A stretch of 64,000 nucleotides of DNA from Candidatus Sumerlaeia bacterium (GTDB lineage: Bacteria > Sumerlaeota > Sumerlaeia > MVZB01): contig CAUZJO010000001.1 of the NCBI GenBank assembly GCA_963580245.1, positions 533-64,532 of the forward strand, given 5' to 3'. Below the pieces are notes generated by a model, which saw only the letters and a program-made list of their open reading frames with translations, did not search any database and had not been told where the DNA came from. Both the position numbers and the translations under genes were made by a program. Positions 19,223 through 29,186 of this stretch are shown here, piece by piece. The first letter of the stretch is position 1, and every line of letters starts with the position of its first letter.

Positions 19223-20166
19223 ACGTCGAAAACCTCTACCGGGAAATTCGCGGCCAAATCGAGCAAGTGATCATCGGTCAGGAAAAGGTGATCGAGCTGG
19301 CGATGGCCGCGCTGTTCAGCAGCGGGCACGTCCTGTTTGAAGGCGTACCGGGAACGGCCAAGACCCTGCTGGCGCGGACGGTCGCCACGGTGCTCAACAT
19401 GCAATTCCGGCGCGTGCAGATGACCCCGGACTTGTTGCCGGGCGACGTGACCGGTTCGAGCATCTACCGCGAGGACACGCACCAATTCGTCTTCAACCCG
19501 GGGCCGGTGTTCACCAATTTCCTGCTGGTCGATGAGATCAATCGCGCCTCGGCGCGCACCCAATCGGCCCTGCTCGAGGCGATGCAGGAACTCAATGTGA
19601 CGTACGATGGCCGGACCCACCCGCTGCCCGAGCCCTTTGTCGTCTTCGCCACGCAGAACCCGATCGAGCAGGAAGGGACTTATCCGCTCCCGCTGGCACA
19701 GCTCGACCGCTTCATGTTCAAGATCATCGTCGATTACCCCGACCCCAAGGCCGAACAACGCATCCTAAGAGAGCACCACGCGACCGAATCGAGCGCCGCC
19801 CCGGCAACCAAGGGCGTCCAGCCCGTGGTCGACCCAGGCGAGATCATCGAGGCCCGCCGGATCATCCGCGAGACGTTCATCCGCGACGAAGTCATCGATT
19901 ACGTCCAGTGCCTGGTGCAGGCCACGCGCGATGAGGACGCGCTGGCCGTGGGGGCCAGTCCGCGCGCCGGCCTGATGCTGCTGATGGCGGCCAAGAGCCT
20001 TGGCCGGTTCGCGGGCCGAGAGTTCGTCACGCCCGACGACGTCAAGGCCGCCTTCCCACACACGATGCGCCACCGCGTCGTGCCCAGCGCCTCGACCGAG
20101 CTCGAAGGCATCGCCGTGGACGACATCCTCGAGGGCATCTTGGAGGCGGTCGAGGTGCCGCGATGA
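19219..20166 (+). CDS. moxR: MoxR family AAA+ ATPase
   Basis: HVLFEGVPGTAKT, TPDLLPGDVTG, LVDEINRA, ATQNPIEQEGTYPLP.AQLDRF, GASPRA. Confidence 0.95.
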   Translation: MNVENLYREIRGQIEQVIIGQEKVIELAMAALFSSGHVLFEGVPGTAKTLLARTVATVLNMQFRRVQMTPDLLPGDVTGSSIYREDTHQFVFNPGPVFTNFLLVDEINRASARTQSALLEAMQELNVTYDGRTHPLPEPFVVFATQNPIEQEGTYPLPLAQLDRFMFKIIVDYPDPKAEQRILREHHATESSAAPATKGVQPVVDPGEIIEARRIIRETFIRDEVIDYVQCLVQATRDEDALAVGASPRAGLMLLMAAKSLGRFAGREFVTPDDVKAAFPHTMRHRVVPSASTELEGIAVDDILEGILEAVEVPR

Positions 20167-21482
20167 ACTGGCGGCCGGGCCCGAAGCTGCTGAAGCTCGG
20201 CGCCTTGGCGGCGGGGCTCGGCGTCTTGTGTTTCCTCGTTCCCGTCGCCGCGTGGCTCGTTCCCGCCGTTGCGATCATCGCATTGATCCAGAGCGTGGCC
20301 GACATTCGCGAGCTGAAGAGAAACGGGGACAGCCTGGAGGTCGAGCGGGTACTTCCGGCGGTGGTGGGCCGGGGGCGGGCATTCTTCTGCGAATTGGTGG
20401 TTAAGAACCAGGTCGACCGCGAAGCCTGGGTCGAGATACGCGACGTGCTGCCCGCAGGCACCGAACCTGGGCTTGCGCTGGCTACTTTTAACCTGGGCCC
20501 ACGCCAGTCGCACCGGATGGTTTACTCGGTGAGCCTACCGGTGCGCGGCCGCCACGCGTTCGGCCCGGTCTGGCTGCGCCGGCGCGGCCGATTCGGCGTC
20601 ATCGAACACCAGCGCCGGCTCCCGGTGATGGGCGAAATCAAAGTGCTCCCCCCGGGAATCGCCGCGAAAGAGGGATTGGATAAGTCAAAGGCCCGGCAGG
20701 CGATCCAACTTGATAAACTCAGCCGGGCGCGCCGCCAGGGCGAGGGCAGCGAGTTCGAAACCCTGACCGAATTCCACACCGGCGACGACACGCGGCGCAT
20801 CGACTGGCGTTCGAGCACCCGTCACAGCCGGTTGCTGGTGCGGCGATTCGTCGTCGAGCAGCATCGCGATCTGGTCATTGTGATCGATTGCGGCCGGCTG
20901 ATGGGCGCCGAGGCGGGAGACGGCAACAAGCTGGACCGGGCGATCGACGCCGCCTTGATGCTGGGCCGCACCGCGCTGGAGTACGGCGACCGATGCGGCA
21001 TGGGGTTGTTTGACGATCGGGTGCTCGGTTACCTGCCGCCGTTGTCGGGCGCGCGCGCCTTCAATCCGCTGATCGAGTCGGTCTACGACGCGCGCTGCAA
21101 TTGGCGCGAGTCCAACTTCGGCGTCATGTTCGCCACCATCCAGGCCCGCCAGCGCAAACGCTCGCTCGTGGTGGTTCTATCGGACCTGGTCGACGTCGAT
21201 ACGACCCACCGTTTCCGCGCGGCGCTGGCCTCGTTGGCCCGCCGTCACGTGGTCGTTTTCGTTGCGCTACGCACGCCGGTGCTCGACGCCATCCAGGCGC
21301 CCATCGAAAACGTCGGGGACATGGCCCACAAGGCCGTGACGCTGCGCTTGCTGCGCGAGCGCGAGCGGGCGATCCACACAATTCGGCGTAGCGGGATTCA
21401 CGTTCTCGACGTCGAGCCAGCCGAGCTGACGGTTCCTTTGGTCAATCAATACATCCATTTGCGCGCGCGGAACTTGCTCTAA
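20163..21482 (+). CDS. DUF58 (vWA-like) domain protein
   Basis: GSEFETLTEFHTGDDTRRIDWRSS, IDCGRLM, VVLSDL. Confidence 0.9.
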   Translation: MNWRPGPKLLKLGALAAGLGVLCFLVPVAAWLVPAVAIIALIQSVADIRELKRNGDSLEVERVLPAVVGRGRAFFCELVVKNQVDREAWVEIRDVLPAGTEPGLALATFNLGPRQSHRMVYSVSLPVRGRHAFGPVWLRRRGRFGVIEHQRRLPVMGEIKVLPPGIAAKEGLDKSKARQAIQLDKLSRARRQGEGSEFETLTEFHTGDDTRRIDWRSSTRHSRLLVRRFVVEQHRDLVIVIDCGRLMGAEAGDGNKLDRAIDAALMLGRTALEYGDRCGMGLFDDRVLGYLPPLSGARAFNPLIESVYDARCNWRESNFGVMFATIQARQRKRSLVVVLSDLVDVDTTHRFRAALASLARRHVVVFVALRTPVLDAIQAPIENVGDMAHKAVTLRLLRERERAIHTIRRSGIHVLDVEPAELTVPLVNQYIHLRARNLL

Positions 21483-21561
21483 GGCTGAATACCCGGTCGT
21501 GATTCGTGAAGGTGCCTTGGGGAAGATTCGTCGCCCCCGTTGGGGGCTTGGGGCGCGCGCG

Positions 21562-21639
21562 ATTTGACCGGTGACGCGATGCGCAAGTTGTTGGATAAGG
21601 AGTCTGAACTCACCCGCCGACATTTGACCGGTGACGCGA
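21562..21639. repeat. 18-bp direct repeat ATTTGACCGGTGACGCGA (21562-21579, 21622-21639)
   Basis: Exact repeat with 60-bp period, between convergent genes; preceded by a GCCCCC-GTT-GGGGGC hairpin. Confidence 0.7.
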
Positions 21640-21641
21640 CA

Positions 21642-22622
21642 CTAGCCCGCCGACCGTCGTTCCATTAGGATTCCGCGCCCAAAGTAGTAACACCAAAAGA
21701 CGAGCGTTACCGCCGCGAAGAAGTACCGCGATCCCGTCGACAGGTTGCTCTGGCGCAGGTAACTCTCGATGATGGCCGCGAGGACAAGCATCAACCCGCC
21801 CCCCAGACAGATGGTCAGGGCCTGGCGTCCCGCGCGCAGCAATGCCTCGGGTCGGGTCGACCAGCCTGGGTTGATCACGGTCCAGCCGAGCATCAATCCG
21901 CATCCGCCGAAGAGCGCGACCGCCGACAGTTCGGTGATCCCGTGGGGCAGGATCCACGCCCAGTACTCCGCGTAAATCCCCTTCATGTGATGGATGGCCG
22001 TGAAGGCCCCCAAGATCATTCCATTGTATATCATCAATAAAATGGTGGGCACGCCGGCCAGGACGCCGGTCGCCAGCGCCATGAAGCCGACCTTGATGTT
22101 GTTGGTGAAGAGAAATGAGGTGAAAATGAACTTGAAACCGTGACCCTCGTCGCGGCCTTCGCGTAGCGTCTCGCGCAGCATCTCGGCCGACGCCCCCGGC
22201 ATCCGGAGTTCTCCGTCGGGCATCAATGCATACGCCGCCGAGAGGTCACGCGTGACCGCCCAATAGGCCAACAGCCCACCCGAGAGCATCAGCCCCGCGC
22301 TGAAGAGGTGGAACTTCCAGGTCCGCGCCACCGCCCGCGCAAACCCACGGGCCACGAATTCCCAGGCGCCCTGAAACACCCGGCGGCGCGGCGGCAGATA
22401 GAGCAGGCTATGCGCCGCCGCCATCAGGTCGTTCAGATAACCGACCATCGACTGATCGCGCGTGCGGGTGGCGATCTGGGCCAGGTGGACGGCCGTGCGC
22501 CGGTAAAGCACGTCAAGCCGGCTCAGATCGGAGGGCGAGAGGCGCCGCATCGACTTGCGTCCGCGCTTGACCAGCGATTCCAGTTCTTTCCATTCAGTCT
22601 TGTATTTGGCAATATAGTCCAT
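21642..22622 (-). CDS. Stage II sporulation protein M family membrane protein
   Basis: W.ELE.L, LYRR....LA, FLFTNNIKV, NGMILGA, WILPHGITEL, IIESY. Confidence 0.88.
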   Translation of the reverse strand: MDYIAKYKTEWKELESLVKRGRKSMRRLSPSDLSRLDVLYRRTAVHLAQIATRTRDQSMVGYLNDLMAAAHSLLYLPPRRRVFQGAWEFVARGFARAVARTWKFHLFSAGLMLSGGLLAYWAVTRDLSAAYALMPDGELRMPGASAEMLRETLREGRDEGHGFKFIFTSFLFTNNIKVGFMALATGVLAGVPTILLMIYNGMILGAFTAIHHMKGIYAEYWAWILPHGITELSAVALFGGCGLMLGWTVINPGWSTRPEALLRAGRQALTICLGGGLMLVLAAIIESYLRQSNLSTGSRYFFAAVTLVFWCYYFGRGILMERRSAG

Positions 22623-22644
22623 CTGACCTTATGCCGATGATCGG

Positions 22645-23472
22645 GTGGGGAACGCGGCAATGGATCGACCCATTGAGTTTGAGACGCCGGAAAATGTGAG
22701 TATTCAGTATGAACTCGCGGGCCTCGGCACACGGTTCGTCGCCTGGCTCAATGATATAATTCTACTTGTAGGCCTCATGGCTGTCATGTTGATTGTTGCG
22801 CTGATCTTTACGAGCTTCTCCGTCGCCGGAATCATCGACGACCTCTCTGGTCTAAACTCGCCTGAAGGGAAGACGCAAGGCGCGCAAGCGGCACTCTATG
22901 CAATTGGTTTGCTGCTCCTGTTATTTGGCTTGGGCAGCTTTTTTTACTTCGGCCTGTTCGAGTTGTTCATGCGCGGCCAAACGCCGGGGAAGAAGTCTGT
23001 CTCGATCCGGGTCGTCAAGGCCGACGGCTTCGCGTTGGACGCCGGCAGCATTATGCTGCGCAACATCTTCCGCGTGGTCGACCATCTGCCGCCGCTGTGG
23101 ATCGTCCCGTTGCTCTCGAGCAAGTCGCAACGCCTGGGCGACATGGCCGCCGGCACGCTCCTGATCGCCGAGAAGCCCCAACAACTGGGCGACCTGCGCG
23201 AATATGTAGCCGCGCGGCCTGCCGAGGAGCGGGTCTTCCGCTTCGACGGCGTCCTGAACCGCGTCGGCCCCAAGGAGGTCCACGCCGCCGAGCAGGTCCT
23301 GGACCGCACGCGCCGCAGCCGCCCCGAGCATTGCGCCGAGCCGCTCCAGCTCCTGTGCGACGCGCTGGCCCGCCAACTCGACATCGAGCCCCCGGCCCCC
23401 GAGCTGCGCGCGCAGTTCCTCGAAGACTTCCTCGCGGCCGAATACCGTCGCCAAAGCCGGCAGCTCGGGTGA
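22645..23472 (+). CDS. RDD family membrane protein
   Basis: ETPENV.IQYELAGLGTRFVAWLND, GQTPGKK, QRLGDMAAGT. Confidence 0.9.
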   Translation: MGNAAMDRPIEFETPENVSIQYELAGLGTRFVAWLNDIILLVGLMAVMLIVALIFTSFSVAGIIDDLSGLNSPEGKTQGAQAALYAIGLLLLLFGLGSFFYFGLFELFMRGQTPGKKSVSIRVVKADGFALDAGSIMLRNIFRVVDHLPPLWIVPLLSSKSQRLGDMAAGTLLIAEKPQQLGDLREYVAARPAEERVFRFDGVLNRVGPKEVHAAEQVLDRTRRSRPEHCAEPLQLLCDALARQLDIEPPAPELRAQFLEDFLAAEYRRQSRQLG

Positions 23473-23513
23473 CGATTGGGCCTGATGATTCGCGATCAGT
23501 GAGTTGAGACACC

Positions 23514-24834
23514 ATGGCAGTCAGTGAAGAGATCCGCGCCCTTATCGATGCCACGCCCTTCGTGGACACACACGAGCATCTGTTCGAAGAATCAAAACGC
23601 ATCAAGGCCCTCGAGGGCGCCAACGCCGATCCGCTCCCCGTGGCAGCCCCGGATATCGGGCTCCTCTTCAGCCACTACTCTGATTCCGACCTCGAGTCCG
23701 CGGGCATGAACCCCGCGGCGACCCAAAGGCTGTTCAGTTACGACGTGGAGCCCTGCGAGAAGTGGAAAATGATCGAGCCTTATTATCGAAGCGCCTACCA
23801 CACCGGGTATCTGCAGAGTGTTCGCGAATCGGTGCGTGCGCTTTACGGCGAGGACGACCTCACGGCCCGGAACGTGGATGCGATTTCCGAACGGATTCGC
23901 GCGCGGATCAAGCCGGGATTCTACGGGCCGATCCTGCGCGAGGCGGCCAACCTCGAGCATGCCCAGATCAACAACCTCGACGCGCCGATCTTCATGGAGA
24001 CCGAGCAGCCGAACCTTCTGTGTCAGGACATGAACATCAAGGTTTTGAGCACCGATCTTGACGTCAAAACGGTCTCGGGCATGGCGAACCGAGAAGTGAC
24101 CGACCTGAAGGACTGGCACGAGATCATTGATTGGTGTTTCGCGACCTACGGCCCGCGCGCCATCGCCATCAAAAGCACCGCCGCCTATCGCCGCCGCCTG
24201 GATTACGCGCAGGTCGGCGCGGACGATGCGGCCCCGCTGTTCAAGCGTTATCTCAAGGACAAGGACAACCTGTACAAGCCCGAATACAAGCCCCTCCAGG
24301 ACCACCTGTTCAATTATTGCGTGCGCAAGGCGATCGAATACAACCTGCCGCTGAAGCTCCACACGGGCTACTACGCGCATTCGGGCCGGATGCCGCTGCA
24401 ACAGGGTCAGGCGCAACGCCGGCGACCTCTGTGAGTTGCTCATGGCCCATCCCACGGCGCGGTTCGTGATCATGCACATCACGTATCCCTATCAGGACGA
24501 GGCGATCGCCATCGCCAAACACTTCCCCAACGCCTACGTGGACCTGTGCTGGGCTTGGATCATCAACCCGCTGGCGACGGTCCGGTTCGTCAAGGAGTTC
24601 CTGATGGCGGTCCCTTGCAGCAAGCTGTTCACATTCGGCGGCGATTATCTGCCGGTGGAACTGGTGCCGGGCCACGCGCGGATCGCGCGGCGGGGGCTGA
24701 CGCAGGCCGTCGGCGAGCTGGTCGAGGAGGGCTGGCTGGCGGCGGCGCGCGTCGAAGATCTCGTCGAGCGCCTGATGCGTGGCAGCGCGCATGAGGTGTT
24801 CGATTATCAGGGGACGTTGGAGCATTGGTCATAG
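23514..24834 (+). CDS. Amidohydrolase family protein (frameshift near 24400-24420)
   Basis: VDTHEH, LKLHTG, FVIMH.TYPY, NAYVDLCW, KLFTFGGDY. Confidence 0.85.
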
Positions 24835-24838
24835 AAAA
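24747..24838 (+). repeat. 92-bp direct repeat, copy 1 (3' end of the amidohydrolase gene)
   Basis: 85/92 identical by eye to 25528-25619. Confidence 0.9.
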
Positions 24839-25032
24839 GGCCGTCTGTTTATAGTATTGTTAGAGTTTGTCTGGGTTTCCGTCCCCTGTTTCCCTGTGGG
24901 GACTCGGGCGCCGGAATCCGGTCAACGCCACGCAGGTCGAGTGGTATCCGGTCGGCCGTCTCATCTGCCCGATCGGGGATGCCGTCATGTCGGCCGACAA
25001 CCAGGCAAGCGAGCATTGCGTTAGAAGCCAAG

Positions 25033-25239
25033 ATGACAAAAACCACCGAAGCAACCGCCGACGTTTTCCTCACTGCCCTTAAGGCCCTGCCGAAGACGGA
25101 ACGCGACCAAGTCGTCGCGCGGATCGCACGCGACAGAACCTTCAGACGCGACATCCTTGATCTGGCGCTGATCGCCGATCGGAGAGGTGAGTCTTCTCGC
25201 CCGTTTCGCGAGTATCTATCCGACAAAGCTAAGCGATGA
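25033..25239 (+). CDS. Putative antitoxin
   Basis: 68 aa, ADVFLTALKALPK...DLALIADRRGESSRPFREYL; ATGA overlap with the downstream RelE gene. Confidence 0.7.
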   Translation: MTKTTEATADVFLTALKALPKTERDQVVARIARDRTFRRDILDLALIADRRGESSRPFREYLSDKAKR

Positions 25240-25508
25240 GTAAGAAGGGGACGTATCGAGTTCTCATCAAGCACTCAGCGGAAGGAGAAATGAATCGACT
25301 GCCCGAGCGGACCTTGCACCGTGTATCGCGAGCCATCCTCAACCTTGAGGGGGACCCAAGACCATCAGAATCCAAAAAGCTGCGTGGCCAAGAGGATTAT
25401 CGAATTCGAGTGGGCCAATATCGCATCCTCTACTCGATTGATGATCGGTCTCGAACGATAGAGATCGTTGCCGTCGGCCATCGCCGTGATGTCTATCGTA
25501 ACTCCTGA
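25236..25508 (+). CDS. relE: RelE/ParE family toxin
   Basis: DPRP...KKLRG, YRIRVGQYRILYSIDD, VAVGHRRDVY. Confidence 0.9.
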   Translation: MSKKGTYRVLIKHSAEGEMNRLPERTLHRVSRAILNLEGDPRPSESKKLRGQEDYRIRVGQYRILYSIDDRSRTIEIVAVGHRRDVYRNS

Positions 25509-25527
25509 CTTGCGGGCCCCGTATTGG

Positions 25528-25619
25528 GCGCGTCGAAGACCTCGTCGAGCGCCTGACGCGTGGCAACGCCCATGAGGTGTTCGATTATCGGGGTACGTTG
25601 GCGCATTGGTCATAGAAAA
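25528..25619 (+). repeat. 92-bp direct repeat, copy 2
   Basis: Duplicate of the amidohydrolase 3' end including its TAG. Confidence 0.9.
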
Positions 25620-25686
25620 CGCCGATCGTTCGTGGCATGATCCCATCATTGTGCGTGTGGGTTCCCACCTTCGGAGGAGAGCGTAA

Positions 25687-27477
25687 GTGGCGGAAATCAA
25701 CCACCATGACGTCGTGATCGTGGGCGGGGGGGGTGCCGGGCTGCGGGCGGCCATCGCCGTGGCCGAAGCCGACCCCAGCCTGTCGATCGGCCTGGTCTCA
25801 AAGGTCTATCCGATGCGCAGCCACACGGTCTCGGCCGAGGGAGGCTCGGCGGGAGTCGTCAAAGACAACGACAGCCTAGAGGCGCACATCTACGACACGA
25901 TCAGCGGCGCGGACTGGCTGGCCGACCAGGACGCCGTTGAACTGTTCGTCAACGAGGCCCCCGGCGAGCTGTTCCAAATGGAGCATTGGGGCTGCCCCTG
26001 GAGCCGCGAGCCCGACGGTCAGGTCGCCGTGCGCCCCTTTGGCGGCATGAAGATCGAACGCACGTGGTACGCTGCCGACAAGACCGGCTTCCACATGCTG
26101 CACACGCTCTTCCAGACCTCGCTCAAATATAGCCCGATCGTCGCCTATAATGAGTGGTTCGCCACGCGCCTGCTGGTCGAAGACGGCCGCTGCCAAGGCG
26201 TGACCGCCATCGAGCTGCAGACGGGCCAGGTGCGGGGCATCGCGGCCAAGGCGGTCATCATCTGCGGCGGCGGCGCGGGCCGCATCTTCCCCTTCACGAC
26301 CAACGGGGCGATCAAGACCGGCGACGGGATGGTCCTGGCCTACCGGGCCGGCGTCCCGCTCAAGGATATGGAGTTCGTCCAATATCACCCCACCGGCTTG
26401 CCCGATACCGGCATCCTAATCACCGAGGCCTCGCGCGGCGAGGGCGGCATTCTGGTCAACAAGAACGGAGAGCGGTACCTCCAGAATTACGAGCTCGGCG
26501 AGGCACTGGACGTCCAGGACCCGCGCCATCCCCAGAAGCGCATGATGGAACTGGGACCGCGCGATCGGCTCTCGCAGGCCTTCATCAAGGAAAAAGAGAA
26601 GGGCAATACGATCCAAAGCCCCATCGGCGAGTGCGTCCACCTGGACATCCGCCACCTGGGCGAGAAGAAGATCAACAAGAAGCTCCCGTTCGTCCGTGAG
26701 CTGGCGAAAAACTATGGCGGGATCGACCCGGTTTATGAACCGATCCCGGTCCGTCCGGTGGTCCATTACATGATGGGCGGCATCCATACCGACATCCACG
26801 GGGCCACGCCGCTGGCCGGCCTCTACGCCGCCGGCGAATGCGCCTGCGTGAGTATCAACGGGGCGAACCGCTTGGGGTCGAACTCGTTGACCGAGCTGCT
26901 GGTCTTCGGCGCGCGCGCCGGCAAGCAGGCCGCCGAGTTCGCCCACTCGCACGGGGAATTGAACCTCGGCGCCTTGGAGGCCCAGGCCAAGGACGAACAG
27001 ACGCGCATCGCGCGCGATTACCTGAGCAAGGACGGCGGAACCGAACGCATCGCAACGATTCGCGCCAAGATGTGGGAAGTCATGGAATCGGGGGCCGGCA
27101 TCTATCGTGAGGAGGCCTCGCTCAAGGCGACCTGCGACACGTTGGCCGAGTTGCGCGAGCGTTGCCGCAACATCCGGCTCGACGACCGCAGCTTATGTTT
27201 CAACACCGAACTGACCACGGCCCTCGAGCTGGAAAACATGCTCGAGGCGGGCCAGGCCCTCGCCCATTCGGCCCTGGCCCGCACCGAATCGCGCGGCTCG
27301 CACCAACGCACCGACCACCCCAAGCGCGACGACGACCGGTTCCTCAAACACTCGCTGGCCTACCACCAGGGCGACGAGGCCCCGCGCATCGACTACCTCG
27401 ACGTCGTCATCACCAAATGGCCGCCGGGGGAGCGGGTCTATGGATCAAAATCCGACGTCGAGTCAGGGGAAAAATAG
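25687..27477 (+). CDS. frdA: Fumarate reductase flavoprotein subunit
   Basis: [57 protein letters not shown]. Confidence 0.95.
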   Translation: MAEINHHDVVIVGGGGAGLRAAIAVAEADPSLSIGLVSKVYPMRSHTVSAEGGSAGVVKDNDSLEAHIYDTISGADWLADQDAVELFVNEAPGELFQMEHWGCPWSREPDGQVAVRPFGGMKIERTWYAADKTGFHMLHTLFQTSLKYSPIVAYNEWFATRLLVEDGRCQGVTAIELQTGQVRGIAAKAVIICGGGAGRIFPFTTNGAIKTGDGMVLAYRAGVPLKDMEFVQYHPTGLPDTGILITEASRGEGGILVNKNGERYLQNYELGEALDVQDPRHPQKRMMELGPRDRLSQAFIKEKEKGNTIQSPIGECVHLDIRHLGEKKINKKLPFVRELAKNYGGIDPVYEPIPVRPVVHYMMGGIHTDIHGATPLAGLYAAGECACVSINGANRLGSNSLTELLVFGARAGKQAAEFAHSHGELNLGALEAQAKDEQTRIARDYLSKDGGTERIATIRAKMWEVMESGAGIYREEASLKATCDTLAELRERCRNIRLDDRSLCFNTELTTALELENMLEAGQALAHSALARTESRGSHQRTDHPKRDDDRFLKHSLAYHQGDEAPRIDYLDVVITKWPPGERVYGSKSDVESGEK

Positions 27478-27583
27478 TGATACCCGTGGCGGTTTCCACA
27501 ATCATGGGCGGAATAGAGAACAGCCAAGAATCTCGCAAGACCCGTAGACAACCCCATTCGCCAACAAAGGAATCCATGGCGTC

Positions 27584-28327
27584 ATGCCCGAGGAAAAAGT
27601 AACCCTTGATGTCTTTCGTTACCGCCCCGACGACGGCGCGGAGCCGGTGTTCGAGCGCTTCGAGGCGCCATATGATGAGCACTGGGTCGTCCTGGACGCC
27701 CTGAACTGGGTCAAGGACAACGTCGATGGCTCACTCTCGTTCCGCTGGAGTTGCCGCATGGGAGTATGCGGGAGTTGCGGGATGATGGTCAACGGGGAGG
27801 CGATGCTGACCTGCGCGGCGTTCCTCAGGGATTATCTCGGCGCGCCGATTCGCATTGAGCCGCTCGCCAATTTCCCCGTCGAGCGCGACCTGATCGTCTC
27901 GCTCGACGGCTTCATGGACAAGCTCAAGTCGGTTGAGCCGTGGATCATCCGCAAGGACGAGACGCCGCCCAAGCGCGAATACCTCCAGACGCCCGCGGAG
28001 CACGCACGCTACAAACAATTCTCGATGTGCATCAACTGCATGTTGTGCTACGCCGCCTGCCCGGAGATCGCCGGGGAGCCCCACTTCCTCGGCCCCGCCG
28101 CCATCGCCCTGGCCCATCGCTATAACCTGGACACGCGCGACCAGGGGGCCGACCGGCGGCTGGCGGTCCTGGGCAGCGACGAGGGCCTCTGGGACTGCAC
28201 GTTCGTCGGCGAATGCAGCAAGGTCTGTCCCAAACACGTCGACCCCGCCGCCGCCATCCAACAGGCGAAGGTCGAGACCACCAAAGACTGGTATAAGCAA
28301 TTCCTGTTGCCGAGGGCGAAGGCATGA
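27584..28327 (+). CDS. frdB: Fumarate reductase iron-sulfur subunit
   Basis: SCRMGVCGSC, CINCMLCYAACP, CTFVGECSKVCPKHVDPAAAIQ. Confidence 0.95.
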   Translation: MPEEKVTLDVFRYRPDDGAEPVFERFEAPYDEHWVVLDALNWVKDNVDGSLSFRWSCRMGVCGSCGMMVNGEAMLTCAAFLRDYLGAPIRIEPLANFPVERDLIVSLDGFMDKLKSVEPWIIRKDETPPKREYLQTPAEHARYKQFSMCINCMLCYAACPEIAGEPHFLGPAAIALAHRYNLDTRDQGADRRLAVLGSDEGLWDCTFVGECSKVCPKHVDPAAAIQQAKVETTKDWYKQFLLPRAKA

Positions 28328-28710
28328 GAAAACCGCTCAACCGCCCGTTTCCCAAGGACTGGTTCCTGCGCACGCCGGGCTATCGGCTTTTCATGCTGCG
28401 TGAGGTGACCAGCATTTTTATCGCGTGTTATTTGATCTTCGTGCTCGTCTGGCTCCGGCGCCTGGGGCAGGGGCCGGAGGCATTCGAGGCACTGCAGGCG
28501 AGTTTGAGGAGCCCGCCGGCGGTCTTGCTGCATCTGCTGGCGCTGGCGGGCGCCGCGTGGCACTCGATTACGTGGTTCAACGCGACGCCCAAGATCATGA
28601 ACGTGCGCAAGGGCGAGGAACCCCTGCCCGACTCGCTGGTGGCCATCGCCACGGGTTACGCGCCATGGGCGGTTGTTTCTGTTATCATCTTGTGGGGAGT
28701 GCTCGCTTAG
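28324..28710 (+). CDS. frdC: Fumarate reductase subunit C
   Basis: RKP..R....W....YRLFMLREVTS, HSITWFNATPK; 3 TM. Confidence 0.9.
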   Translation: MRKPLNRPFPKDWFLRTPGYRLFMLREVTSIFIACYLIFVLVWLRRLGQGPEAFEALQASLRSPPAVLLHLLALAGAAWHSITWFNATPKIMNVRKGEEPLPDSLVAIATGYAPWAVVSVIILWGVLA

Positions 28711-28763
28711 GCAGGCGGCGTCTACGTCAACCGCGACGCCCCACCATTGATGGAGGAGCAACA

Positions 28764-29114
28764 TTGAAAAGGTCACGAGAAGCTTTCTGGTGGTCGTTGT
28801 TTTCGGCCGGTGGTGTCATGGCCGCGCTTTTCTTACCAATATTCGTTATCATCACGGGGCTGGTCTTGCCTTTTTCCGGCGGTGAACCAGGGGCCGGTTA
28901 CGAACAAATCCATCCGATTATCTCGTTGTGGTTGGTGCGCCTGGTCCTTTTCGGCATTCTCTCCCTGGCGATGTTCCACTGCGCCCATCGCATCCGCCAC
29001 ATCATCATGGACCTCGGCCTACGCCACGCCGGACCGGTCTTGCCGTGTGTCTGCTACGGGGCCGCGAGCGTTGGCGTCGTCCTGACCGCGATCTTCCTTG
29101 TAGGCGTTTCTTAA
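28764..29114 (+). CDS. frdD: Fumarate reductase subunit D
   Basis: TTG start with GGAGG RBS; KRSREAFWWSLFSAGG, FHCAHRIRH..MDL. Confidence 0.9.
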   Translation: MKRSREAFWWSLFSAGGVMAALFLPIFVIITGLVLPFSGGEPGAGYEQIHPIISLWLVRLVLFGILSLAMFHCAHRIRHIIMDLGLRHAGPVLPCVCYGAASVGVVLTAIFLVGVS

Positions 29115-29186
29115 GTCACCCATGAAGCACTCCCCGCCGGCCGGCAGTGGATTTAACGATCGGTTTGAGGGGAAAGGAGGCGCGCT

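Noticed and set aside
21562-21639. Mini-CRISPR (two repeats, 42-bp spacer)
   Set aside because: Only two 18-bp units; too short, with no leader or cas genes.
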